Source: Planctomycetota bacterium (lineage in GTDB: Bacteria > Planctomycetota > UBA1135 > UBA2386). Taken from it: a stretch of 64,000 bases of DNA. The notes under the pieces are model-generated. The model was not told the origin of the DNA. It made no database searches and worked only from the letters and a program-made list of their open reading frames with translations. This document shows positions 28,656-37,540 of the stretch, in pieces; within the stretch, counting starts at the first letter, position 1; the number at the start of each line of letters is the position of its first letter. The stretch covers positions 5,920,001-5,984,000 of the forward strand of contig OZ245006.1 of assembly GCA_965223545.1 (NCBI GenBank), read 5' to 3'. A program made the translations under genes and the position numbers.

Positions 28656-29972
28656 ATGCTGACATCCCAACTATCCCGCGGCAGCTCCGTGGGGATCGCT
28701 CTCGCGGCTTCTCTGGCTCTCGTGACCCCGGCCGCAGTCGGCGCGCAGCAGATCGTGCGCTGCGCCACGCCGTTTGCCCCGGACGGGACGGGCGAGGACG
28801 GCCCCGCGGATTGCTCCTTCAATCAGACGAACCCGCTGGCGCAGTACGCCCCGACCTACGAGATGAAGATCCCCGTGGTCTTCCACGTGATCTCCAACAC
28901 CTCGGGGCGCGGCAACATCTCCGACGCGCGGGTGCGGGCGCAGATCGACATCCTCAACGAGGACTACGGTGCGCTCCCCGGCACTCCCGGCGCGGCGGGA
29001 TTCGACACCGGCGTGCGGTTCGAGCTGGCGACCGTCGACCCGCAGGGCAACCCGACCAATGGCATCACGCGATCGGTGAACAACAACTGGTTCTCCGACA
29101 GCGGCGCCTACTGGAACACCTTGGCCTGGGACACGTCCCGCTATCTGAACATCTACTCCAACAACGGTGGGGGCGCGTTCGTGCTCGGCTACGTGCCCGG
29201 TCTGCCGCAGGACCCGTTCAACTCCCCCGTCGGCACGAAGGCCGACCGTGTCGTGGTCTCGTGGGACACTGTCGGGCGCAATGCTCCGGCGTTTCCGTAC
29301 AACCAGGGACGTACCACGAGCCATGAGGTCGGGCACTACCTCGGCCTGTTCCACACCTTCCACAACGGGTGTGACCGCGGCAGCTGCTACAGCTCCGGCG
29401 ACCGCATCTGCGACACCAACCCCGAGCGCAGCTCGGCGACCGGCTGCCCGACCTCGCGGGTCACTTGCTCGACGCCCGATCCGGTGCGCAACTACATGGA
29501 CTACAGCGACGACCGGTGCATGAACAACTTCACGTCGGAGCAGGCCCGTCGCATCCGCTGCACGCTGGAGTTCTATCGTCCCAACGTGTATTCGCGCAGC
29601 GGCACCGCCGCCAGCGTGGCCTTGCGCAACGCCGGCAGCAACCCGTTGAGCTACACGATGGGCAAGCCGCTGATCGGCACCACGATCAACGGCACGGTGC
29701 TGCCGCTGGTCACGGGTCACAGCTCGGCCACGGTGTTCGCCTACGCCGGCTCCGCCAACCTGCCGTTCAGCGGCTACGTGCTCCTGGTCGACATCACCAC
29801 GCCGGGTCTGACCCTGCCGCCCGCGCCCGGGCCGATCGCCGCGTTCTCGCTGCCCCTGCCCAACATCTCGGGGTTGGCCGGCCTCCAGCTGTTCACGCAG
29901 GGCGTCCACTTCGGTGGGGCGGCCGGCTTCGCCCTCACCAACTCGCAGGACCTGACGCTCGGTAGCTTCTGA
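28656..29972 (+). CDS. Secreted zinc metalloprotease, M43 (ulilysin/pappalysin-like), with a C-terminal putative sorting domain
   Basis: Signal peptide, RC cysteine switch, IPVVFHVI, HEVGHYLGLFHTF zinc site, NYMDYS Met-turn. Confidence 0.92.
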   Translation: MLTSQLSRGSSVGIALAASLALVTPAAVGAQQIVRCATPFAPDGTGEDGPADCSFNQTNPLAQYAPTYEMKIPVVFHVISNTSGRGNISDARVRAQIDILNEDYGALPGTPGAAGFDTGVRFELATVDPQGNPTNGITRSVNNNWFSDSGAYWNTLAWDTSRYLNIYSNNGGGAFVLGYVPGLPQDPFNSPVGTKADRVVVSWDTVGRNAPAFPYNQGRTTSHEVGHYLGLFHTFHNGCDRGSCYSSGDRICDTNPERSSATGCPTSRVTCSTPDPVRNYMDYSDDRCMNNFTSEQARRIRCTLEFYRPNVYSRSGTAASVALRNAGSNPLSYTMGKPLIGTTINGTVLPLVTGHSSATVFAYAGSANLPFSGYVLLVDITTPGLTLPPAPGPIAAFSLPLPNISGLAGLQLFTQGVHFGGAAGFALTNSQDLTLGSF

Positions 29973-30016
29973 GCGTCCGGGGCGGGGCGTGGACCGCCGG
30001 TCTGCTCGGGCTCGGG

Positions 30017-32014
30017 TTGGCCGTGCTGTCGATCGCGGCGCTGATCGCGATCCGCAACGCCGGCGCGGTCGACGGCCCCCCGGTGGCGGCTGCGGCAGGC
30101 GCTGCGCCGCCGGCAGCCGCCACCGCCGAGGCTGTGGCATCGCCGGGCGCTGCGCGCGGGCCGCGCGCAGCGGCGTCGGCGCCGTCGGCGCAGCCCGTGC
30201 TGTTGGTCGGTTCGCTCCGCCGCGCCGATGGCCAACCCTGCCGTCGACCCACGCTGTGGGCGCGGCAGCGCGGCAGCGGTGCAGTCCACCGATGGCAGCC
30301 CACCCTCGCTGCAGACGGCGCCTTCGCGGTGCCGCTGCCGCCGGCGATCCCACCCGGCACCCTGGTCGAGGTGTGTGCGGAGGCCCTCGATTGCGCGCGT
30401 TCGGCTTGGCGCTCAGTGGAGGCAGAGCCGCCTGCGCAGCGGCTGCGCATCGACCTGGTGCTGCGACGGGGCGCCACGGTGCGCGGTCGCGTGCTCGATC
30501 CGGGCGGAGCCGCCGCGGACGGGGCCCTGGTGACGGTCGAGGCCGGCGCGGCGTCGACGACCGCCCGGACCGACTCCACCGGTTGCTTCGAATTGCCCCT
30601 GCACGCGGCCGAGGTCGGGGACGCCATGGTGCGCCTGGCTGCCGCGCACGCCGAGCACGGCGTGAGCCCGCCGCGCGTCTTGTCGTTGGCAATGCTCGAT
30701 GCGCCGGTCGATGACCTCGTGTTGACCCACGCGATGCCGCCGGTCGAGGTGGCCTTGTCGCTGCTCGACGGGACGCCGGTGGAGGGGTTGCCGGTCGAGT
30801 TCGAGCCGATCGCGCGCACGCCGATGGCGGGCTTCGAGACGGCGGACGCGGTCGAGCAGACCACGGTCCGCACCGATGAAGACGGACGGGCGCGCGCGCG
30901 ACACCTGCATCCCGGCGGATATCGGTTGGACTTCAGTAGCGTCGCCGCGGTGAATCTGCAGGCGCTGGTGACGGCCGAATGGGCCGCTGACCTGACCGTG
31001 CGCAGCGGAACCCCCAGCTCCTGGCAGCTGCCGTTTGGCTGCGTGCTGCCGGTGATCGAGACGGAGCAGCGACCGCGCGCCCCAGCCCGCCTCTCGGTGC
31101 TGGTGTGGTCGGCCGGACGCGCGGCCAGGGCGGCCGAGCGCGCCTGGCGGGACCGCGCGCCGTTGCCCGCCGATCCCGATTCTCAGCACCTCGCACTGGC
31201 CGCCGCCGCGTTGCACAGCGTTTGGCTGCCGCTCGAGTCGTTCGTGGTCGTGCAAGCGACGGCGGAGGGCTGTGCCCCCGCGCGCGCAGCGGAGTGGGTC
31301 ACAACGCGGCGGCCTTCGTGGACGGCGCCCCTGTCGTTGCGGGCCGCGCCCTCCCCGCGCCGGATCCAGCTGTTGCAGCGCACCGCGGACGGAGCGGCCG
31401 TTCGCGGTGGTCTGTGGCGCGCGGTGCCGGTGTTCGGCGACGCCCCGGGTTGGGACGCGAGCGACTGGCGCGCGCTCGACGAACAGCAGTGCACTGCCGG
31501 GTTGGCGCCCGGCGAGTGGCATCTGCAGCTGTGGCCGGGCGTGCGCGCACGACATGCGGCGCGGCCGTACGCGCTGTGGCAAACCAAGCTCGCCGTGCTC
31601 GCGCCGGGTGCGCCCGCCGCGCCCCAGCGCGTCGAGATCACGGTGCAGCCGGTGCCGCGCCTGTGGCTCGAGCTGGTGCACCGCGCCGCCGCGCGGGCCG
31701 GCAGCGAGCGGCGGGTTTCGCTGCGTGTCGTCCTGCGCGGCGCGGGCCGGCCAAGTCAGCGCGCGGTCCTCCTGCGCGACCCCGGCGATGGCAGTGCGCG
31801 TCCGCTGGAAGACCCCGTAGTGCTGCGCGTCGGCGAGCCCACGACCGTCGAACTGCAGGGCCCGCTGAGGGCCGGCGCGGCGGTGCTCGAGGTGCACGCC
31901 TGGCCGCGCGACCGGCCCGGCGGGGCTCGGCCGCCGCGACTGGCGCCAGTGCACCAAACCCTGCGCCTCGAGGCCGGCGCCAACGTCTGCCGCGTCGAGC
32001 TGCGCGAACGCTGA
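30017..32014 (+). CDS. Membrane-anchored carboxypeptidase-regulatory-like (Ig-like repeat) protein
   Basis: N-terminal TM helix; GATVRGRVLDPGG, TDSTGCF, TDEDGRA and LHPGGY repeats. Start uncertain, possibly CTG 29969. Confidence 0.7.
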   Translation: MAVLSIAALIAIRNAGAVDGPPVAAAAGAAPPAAATAEAVASPGAARGPRAAASAPSAQPVLLVGSLRRADGQPCRRPTLWARQRGSGAVHRWQPTLAADGAFAVPLPPAIPPGTLVEVCAEALDCARSAWRSVEAEPPAQRLRIDLVLRRGATVRGRVLDPGGAAADGALVTVEAGAASTTARTDSTGCFELPLHAAEVGDAMVRLAAAHAEHGVSPPRVLSLAMLDAPVDDLVLTHAMPPVEVALSLLDGTPVEGLPVEFEPIARTPMAGFETADAVEQTTVRTDEDGRARARHLHPGGYRLDFSSVAAVNLQALVTAEWAADLTVRSGTPSSWQLPFGCVLPVIETEQRPRAPARLSVLVWSAGRAARAAERAWRDRAPLPADPDSQHLALAAAALHSVWLPLESFVVVQATAEGCAPARAAEWVTTRRPSWTAPLSLRAAPSPRRIQLLQRTADGAAVRGGLWRAVPVFGDAPGWDASDWRALDEQQCTAGLAPGEWHLQLWPGVRARHAARPYALWQTKLAVLAPGAPAAPQRVEITVQPVPRLWLELVHRAAARAGSERRVSLRVVLRGAGRPSQRAVLLRDPGDGSARPLEDPVVLRVGEPTTVELQGPLRAGAAVLEVHAWPRDRPGGARPPRLAPVHQTLRLEAGANVCRVELRER

Positions 32015-32067
32015 CGCGACCCAAGGGTCGATTCGCGCGCGGGGTGGCGCCGCGCGCGAGCCGCCCC

Positions 32068-32073
32068 TAATCT
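32068..32073 (+). promoter_or_regulatory. -10-like hexamer TAATCT 6 nt before ATG 32080 (candidate leaderless promoter of the Mo-enzyme operon)
   Basis: TANNNT hexamer, no Shine-Dalgarno; a 10-bp GC stem at 32033-32059 separates it from the upstream gene. Confidence 0.5.
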
Positions 32074-32079
32074 CCCTGC

Positions 32080-32601
32080 ATGTCCCCGCCGGCCAAGGTA
32101 CACGCCGTGTTTACGGTCAATGGTGAACGCGCCGAGGTCGCGTTCGACGGCTACAAGACTCTCCTCGAGGTGCTGCGCGAGGATTTGGGCCTCACCGGAA
32201 CCAAGCACGGCTGCGAGCTGGGCGAGTGCGGTACCTGCGCCGTGCGCATCGACGGCGTGCCGGTGCTCTCCTGCCTGGTGCTCGCCGAGGAAGCAGTCGG
32301 CCACGACGTCCGCACGATCGAGGGCATGGCGGATGGGCCGCGGATGCACGCGCTGCAGGAGGCGTTCGTCGAGCTCGGTGCCGCGCAGTGTGGCTACTGC
32401 ACGCCCGGCATGCTGCTGACCGCGCAAGAGCTGATCGAGCGCGATCCGGCGCCGACCCGCGAGGTCATCACCGCCGCGCTCGCCGGCAACCTCTGCCGCT
32501 GCACCGGCTACCTCAAGATCTTCGAGGCGGTCGAGCTCGCCGCCGCCCGGCTGCGCGGCGAGGACGCCGCCCCCCGACCGGAGACGATCCATGGCCACTG
32601 A
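32080..32601 (+). CDS. hcrC: Xanthine oxidoreductase family 2x[2Fe-2S] small subunit (HcrC-like)
   Basis: GTKHGCELGECGTC, SCL, QCGYCTPG and GNLCRCTGY motifs. Gene symbol is tentative. Confidence 0.9.
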   Translation: MSPPAKVHAVFTVNGERAEVAFDGYKTLLEVLREDLGLTGTKHGCELGECGTCAVRIDGVPVLSCLVLAEEAVGHDVRTIEGMADGPRMHALQEAFVELGAAQCGYCTPGMLLTAQELIERDPAPTREVITAALAGNLCRCTGYLKIFEAVELAAARLRGEDAAPRPETIHGH

Positions 32602-35092
32602 CCCGCGCCCGGACGGAGCGGGCGCCTCCGAGGCCGCGCCGCACGGCCGCTGGCGGCACGCCACGCCGGCCGATCAACTGCGCGTCATCGGCAAGCCGCT
32701 GCGCAAGGTCGACGCCGGCAACAAGGTCACCGGCGTGACCCGCTACGCCGACGACCTGACCCTGCCGCGCATGCTGCACATGAAGCTGCTGCGCAGCACC
32801 AAGGCACACGCGCTGATCCGCCGGATCGACACGGCCGCGGCCGAGGCGGTGGCCGGCGTGCACGGTGTGCTGACCGGCAGCGAGATGCCGACGCCGTTCG
32901 GCATCCTGCCGGTGAGCCAGGACGAGCACGCGCTGTGTGTCGACAAGGTGCGGATGATCGGCGATCCGGTGGTGGCGATCGCCGCCGTCGACGAGCAGAC
33001 CGCGTGGCGGGCGTGCCAGGAGGTCGTCGTCGAGTACGAGGAGCTCGAGGCGGTGTGCGGTATCCACGAGGCAGCGGCCAAGCCGGAGCCCCGGATCCAC
33101 GACTACGGTGTCGGTGGCAACGTCCACCGCGCCGAGAACCTCGAGTTCGGCGATCTCGAGGACGGCTTTGCCGCGGCGGCGCTGGTGCGGGAGGACGTGT
33201 TCTTCTTCGGCGGCAACACCCACCTGCCGATGGAGCAGCACGCCACGCTGGCCCACTTCGATCACGAGGGCCGGCTCACGGTGTGGAGCAGCACGCAGAC
33301 GCCACACTACCTGCACCGCGCCTTGGCCAAGGTGCTGGCGCCCCTGCCGGCGTGCCGGATCCGCGTGATCGCCTGTCCGCACGGCGGCGGCTTCGGCGGC
33401 AAGAGCGACCCGTTCAACCACGAGATCTGCGCCGCCAAGATGGCGATGAAGACGGGCCGGCCGATCAAGATCTGCCTGACCCGCGAGGAGGTCTTCTACT
33501 GCCATCGCGGCCGCCACCCGGTGTTGATGCGCAGCAAGATGGGGGTGAGCGAGACCGGCCGCATCACCGCGCTCGACTTCGAGAGCTACCTCGACGGCGG
33601 CAGCTATGGCAGCTACGGCACGGCGAGCACGTTCTACACCGGCGCGCTGCAGACCGTGACCTACCACGTCGACAACTACCATTTCCGCGGCGCGCGCTTC
33701 TTCACCAACCAGGCGCCCTGCGGGCCCAAGCGCGGTCACGGCACGCCGCAGCCGCGGTTCGCGCTCGAGGTGCAGCTCGACAAGATCGCCTGCGAGCTCG
33801 GCATCGACCCGGCCGACCTCCGCCGGCAGAACTTGGCCGAGGCGGGGTCGTTGACCGCCAACTTCATGCGCATCGGCTCGATGGGGTTGGGCACTTGCAT
33901 CGACAAGGTGGTCGAGGGCTCGGGCTGGCGCCAGCGGCGCGGCCGGCTGCTGCGCGGCAAGGGGCTGGGGCTGGCCTGCAGTAGCTATCTGTCGGGCGCG
34001 GGGCTGCCGATCTACTGGAACGGCATGCCGCACTCGGGCGTGCAGCTCAAGCTCGACCGCAGCGGCTTGGTCACCGTGTTTTGTGGCAGCACCGATATCG
34101 GCCAGGGCTCCGAGTCGGTGCTCGCCTACATCGTCGCCGAGGTGCTGGGGCTCGACCCGTTCGACCTCAAGATCGTCACCGCCGACACCGATCTGACGCC
34201 GGTCGACCTCGGCAGCTACAGCAGCCGGGTCACGGTGATGACCGGCAACGCCGCGCTGGAGGCCGCCGAGCGGGCGCGCGAGGTGGTCGCGCGCGGGGTT
34301 GCCGAGCAGCTCGAGGTGCCGGTGGGGCGGTTGGTGTTCGCCGAGAGCCGCGTCTTCGATGCCTCCGATCCGGACCGCGGCCTGTCGTTCGCCGAGGCGG
34401 TGGTCGCCGCCGAGTCGCGCTTCGGCACGATCGGCACCACGGGTTCCTACACGCCGCCCCGGTCGGCGGCGCGCTACAAGGGCGGCGGCGTCGGGCCGAG
34501 TCCGTCCTACAGCTACAGCGCAGCGGTCGTCGAGGTCGACGTCGATCCGGACACCGGCATCTACACCGTGCCCAAGATCTGGGTGGCGCACGACATCGGC
34601 CGCGCGCTGAACGCCGCGATCGCCATGGGGCAGGTCGAGGGCGGTGTCTACATGGGGCTCGGCGAAGCGATGATGGAGGAGATGGTGTACCGGCCCAATC
34701 GGTTCGCCGTGCACAAGATCCCGTCGATGTTGGAGTACAAGAGCCCGACCACGCTGGAGATGCCGGAGATCGTCACCTACCTGGTCGAGGACCCGGATCC
34801 AAACGGTCCGTATGGCGCCAAGGAAGTCGGCCAGGGACCGCTGCTGCCGATCATGCCGGCGGTCGCCAACGCGGTTTTCGACGCGGTCGGGGTGCGCGTC
34901 GACGAGGTGCCGGTGACGCCGGAGAAGATCTTCGACGGCATGCAGCTGCAGGCGGCCGGCAAGATCGCGCGGGTCGGGCCGGATCGCGTGCCCGAGGTCG
35001 ATTGGCCGCCGCCGCGCCGCGTGCGGACTCCCTGGCAGGGCGGCAGCGGTCGCGAGATCGAGCGCGAAGTCGCGGGAGGGCAGCGCTCATGA
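32591..35092 (+). CDS. hcrA: Xanthine oxidoreductase family molybdopterin-binding large subunit (HcrA-like)
   Basis: KVTG..RYADD, STQTPH, GGGFGGK, RGHGTPQ, DIGQG, GSYSSR, QVEGG and GPYGAKEVGQG motifs. Gene symbol is tentative; substrate unknown. Confidence 0.88.
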   Translation: MATDPRPDGAGASEAAPHGRWRHATPADQLRVIGKPLRKVDAGNKVTGVTRYADDLTLPRMLHMKLLRSTKAHALIRRIDTAAAEAVAGVHGVLTGSEMPTPFGILPVSQDEHALCVDKVRMIGDPVVAIAAVDEQTAWRACQEVVVEYEELEAVCGIHEAAAKPEPRIHDYGVGGNVHRAENLEFGDLEDGFAAAALVREDVFFFGGNTHLPMEQHATLAHFDHEGRLTVWSSTQTPHYLHRALAKVLAPLPACRIRVIACPHGGGFGGKSDPFNHEICAAKMAMKTGRPIKICLTREEVFYCHRGRHPVLMRSKMGVSETGRITALDFESYLDGGSYGSYGTASTFYTGALQTVTYHVDNYHFRGARFFTNQAPCGPKRGHGTPQPRFALEVQLDKIACELGIDPADLRRQNLAEAGSLTANFMRIGSMGLGTCIDKVVEGSGWRQRRGRLLRGKGLGLACSSYLSGAGLPIYWNGMPHSGVQLKLDRSGLVTVFCGSTDIGQGSESVLAYIVAEVLGLDPFDLKIVTADTDLTPVDLGSYSSRVTVMTGNAALEAAERAREVVARGVAEQLEVPVGRLVFAESRVFDASDPDRGLSFAEAVVAAESRFGTIGTTGSYTPPRSAARYKGGGVGPSPSYSYSAAVVEVDVDPDTGIYTVPKIWVAHDIGRALNAAIAMGQVEGGVYMGLGEAMMEEMVYRPNRFAVHKIPSMLEYKSPTTLEMPEIVTYLVEDPDPNGPYGAKEVGQGPLLPIMPAVANAVFDAVGVRVDEVPVTPEKIFDGMQLQAAGKIARVGPDRVPEVDWPPPRRVRTPWQGGSGREIEREVAGGQRS

Positions 35093-36075
35093 TGCGTCTG
35101 CCGGAGTTCACGCTGCACCGGCCGGCGAGCATCGCCGAGGCGGTGCGCATGGCGGCCGACCTCGGGCCGGAGGCGCGCTTCGTCGCCGGCGGCACCGACG
35201 TCTATCCCAACATGAAGCGCCGGCACCAGCGGCCGGCGCACGTCATCAGCTTGGCCCGCATCCCCGAGCTGTCGGGCATCGAACGGGCCGACGATGGTGC
35301 CTTGCACATCGGGGCGATGACGCGCCTATCGGTGCTGGAGCGTGCGGCCGAGCTGCAGCGCGGGCATCGGGCGGTCGCGGACGCGGTGGCCAGTGTCTCG
35401 ACCCCGCTGCTGCGGAACATGGGCACGTTCGGCGGCAACCTGCTGCTGGATACGCGCTGCAACTACTACGACCAGAGTCACGAGTGGCGCGCCTCGATCA
35501 ACTTCTGCATGAAGTGCGACGGCGACACCTGCTGGGTGGCGCCGAGCAGCCCCCGCTGTTGGGCGGTGCAGTCGAGCGACAGCGTGCCGCTGTTGTGCGC
35601 GATGGATGCCGAGGCGACGCTGGTCTCGCCCGAGGGCGAGCGCCGCGTACCGGTGCGGGAGCTGTACCGCGATGACGGCATCCGCTATCTCGATCTCCGC
35701 CCGGCGGAGCTGTTGACGCGGGTTCATCTGCCCGCGCCCGGCGAATGGCGGGCGTCCTACCGCAAGCTGCGGCGGCGCGGCACGTTCGACTTTCCGGTGC
35801 TCGGCGTCGGTGTTTGTGTGCACCGGCGAGGTCAGGCGATCGACGAGCTGCGTATCCGCATCGGTGGCGCCGGCAGCGCGCCGATTGCGGCCACCGCGGC
35901 GGAGGAGATGTTGCGGGGCGCGGTGCCGACCGAAGAGCTCATCGCGGGTGCCGCGCAGACCGCGTTCAAGCCGACCCGCGCCATGGACAACACCGATCAC
36001 GAGGCGCGCTGGCGCAAGAAGATGGCACCGGTGTTCGTCGCCCGCGCGCTGCGCGATTGCCTGAGGGAGGGCTGA
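35089..36075 (+). CDS. hcrB: Xanthine oxidoreductase family FAD subunit with a [4Fe-4S] insertion (HcrB-like)
   Basis: AGGTD, RNMGTFGGNL, and C-x15-C-x7-C-x8-C insert (RCNYYDQSHEWRASINFCMKCDGDTCWVAPSSPRC); ATGA overlap with the large subunit. Gene symbol is tentative. Confidence 0.88.
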   Translation: MMRLPEFTLHRPASIAEAVRMAADLGPEARFVAGGTDVYPNMKRRHQRPAHVISLARIPELSGIERADDGALHIGAMTRLSVLERAAELQRGHRAVADAVASVSTPLLRNMGTFGGNLLLDTRCNYYDQSHEWRASINFCMKCDGDTCWVAPSSPRCWAVQSSDSVPLLCAMDAEATLVSPEGERRVPVRELYRDDGIRYLDLRPAELLTRVHLPAPGEWRASYRKLRRRGTFDFPVLGVGVCVHRRGQAIDELRIRIGGAGSAPIAATAAEEMLRGAVPTEELIAGAAQTAFKPTRAMDNTDHEARWRKKMAPVFVARALRDCLREG

Positions 36076-36545
36076 TGTTCGAGGTTGCTCAGGACCAAGC
36101 GTTTCCGCGGATCCAACAGATCTCGTTCTTCCTGCCCAACAAGGTGGGTTCGTTGCAGCGGGTGGTGCACGTGCTGGAAGAAGCCGATGTGCGCATCTGT
36201 GGCATGTCGATCCTGGACGCGCACGACCACGCCGTCGTGCGGATGATCGTCGATCGGCCGCAGAAGGCGATCGACACGCTCGGCAGCGGCGGGCGTGCGG
36301 TGTGCACTTCGGAGCTGCTGGCCGTCGCCGTGCCCGATTCGCGCGATGCGGTGAGTGCGCTGTTCGGGCGGTTGCTGCGCGCCGAGCTCAACGTCTACTA
36401 CGCCTACGCGTTGCTGGCGCGGCACAATGACCACGCGATCGTAGCACTGCACACCGATGACATCGCCGGCGCCGCCGAGGTGCTGCGCGCCGGCAACTTC
36501 GACCTGGTCGAGCACCGCGATCTCGATCCCGACCGCGAGATCTGA
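36075..36545 (+). CDS. Tandem ACT-domain protein
   Basis: QQISFFLPNKVGSL..V, D.HDHAVVRMIV, ELNVYYAY; TGATG overlap with the FAD subunit gene and a GGAGG Shine-Dalgarno. Confidence 0.85.
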   Translation: MFEVAQDQAFPRIQQISFFLPNKVGSLQRVVHVLEEADVRICGMSILDAHDHAVVRMIVDRPQKAIDTLGSGGRAVCTSELLAVAVPDSRDAVSALFGRLLRAELNVYYAYALLARHNDHAIVALHTDDIAGAAEVLRAGNFDLVEHRDLDPDREI

Positions 36546-36548
36546 GCC

Positions 36549-37517
36549 ATGACCGACAAGCTCGAGTGGCTCGACCGCGAGCCCACGACCGAAGCGATTC
36601 TCGACACCGTCCTCGCCGGGTTGGCGCGCACGCCCAAGACCTTGCCGAGCAAGCTGTTCTACGACGAGCGCGGCTCCCGGTTGTTCGACCGGATCTGCGA
36701 GCTGGAGGAGTACTACCCAACCCGCACCGAGCACGGCATCCTCGAGCAGCATCTCGACGAGATGCTGGCGGAGTTCGGCCCCCGCTGTCGCTTGGTCGAG
36801 CTGGGCAGCGGCAGCAGCACGAAGACGCGGCTGCTGCTGGACCGCGCCCGCGATCTCGTCGCCTATACCCCGATCGACATCTCCCGCGATCACCTGCTGC
36901 GCACCGCCGAGCAGCTGGCGGAAGCCTACCCACGCCTACCGATCCAGCCGGTGTGCGCCGACTACACCCGCCGCGTCGAAGGGCTGCCGCCGGCGGCGGA
37001 GGGGGTGCGCACGGTGGTGTTCTTTCCCGGTTCGACGGTCGGCAATTTCGTGCCGGCCGAGGCCGCCGCGTTCTTGGCTCGCGTGCGCGGGTTGTGCGGT
37101 GCCGGCGGTGGCCTGCTGGTCGGTGTCGACCTGGTCAAGGAAGCGGGCGTGCTGCACCGCGCCTACAACGACGCCGAGGGCGTCACCGCCGCCTTCAACC
37201 TCAACCTGCTGGTGCGACTGCGGGACGAGCTCGGCGCCGACATCGAGGTCGACGCCTTTCGCCATCGTGCGATCTGGGATCTGGGCGCGCGGCGCATCGA
37301 GATGCAGCTGGTCAGCCGGCGCGAGCAGAGCGTGCGCATCGATGATCGCGAGTTCTCGTTCGGTGACGGCGAGGCCATCACCACCGAGTACTCGCACAAG
37401 TACACCCTGTCCGACTTCGCCGACTTGGCGGCGCGCGCCGGCTTCGAGGTCGAGCGCGTCTGGACCGACGAGCGGCAGTGGTTCAGCGTGCAGTGGTGCC
37501 GGGTGGTCGATCAGTAG
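36549..37517 (+). CDS. egtD: L-histidine N-alpha-trimethyltransferase
   Basis: KTLPSKLFYD, EYYPTRTE, ELGSGSSTKT, GSTVGN, AYND..GVTAAFN, RIEM and TEYSHKY motifs. Confidence 0.93.
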   Translation: MTDKLEWLDREPTTEAILDTVLAGLARTPKTLPSKLFYDERGSRLFDRICELEEYYPTRTEHGILEQHLDEMLAEFGPRCRLVELGSGSSTKTRLLLDRARDLVAYTPIDISRDHLLRTAEQLAEAYPRLPIQPVCADYTRRVEGLPPAAEGVRTVVFFPGSTVGNFVPAEAAAFLARVRGLCGAGGGLLVGVDLVKEAGVLHRAYNDAEGVTAAFNLNLLVRLRDELGADIEVDAFRHRAIWDLGARRIEMQLVSRREQSVRIDDREFSFGDGEAITTEYSHKYTLSDFADLAARAGFEVERVWTDERQWFSVQWCRVVDQ

Positions 37518-37540
37518 ACCGGCGACCGTTGGACCGGCGA

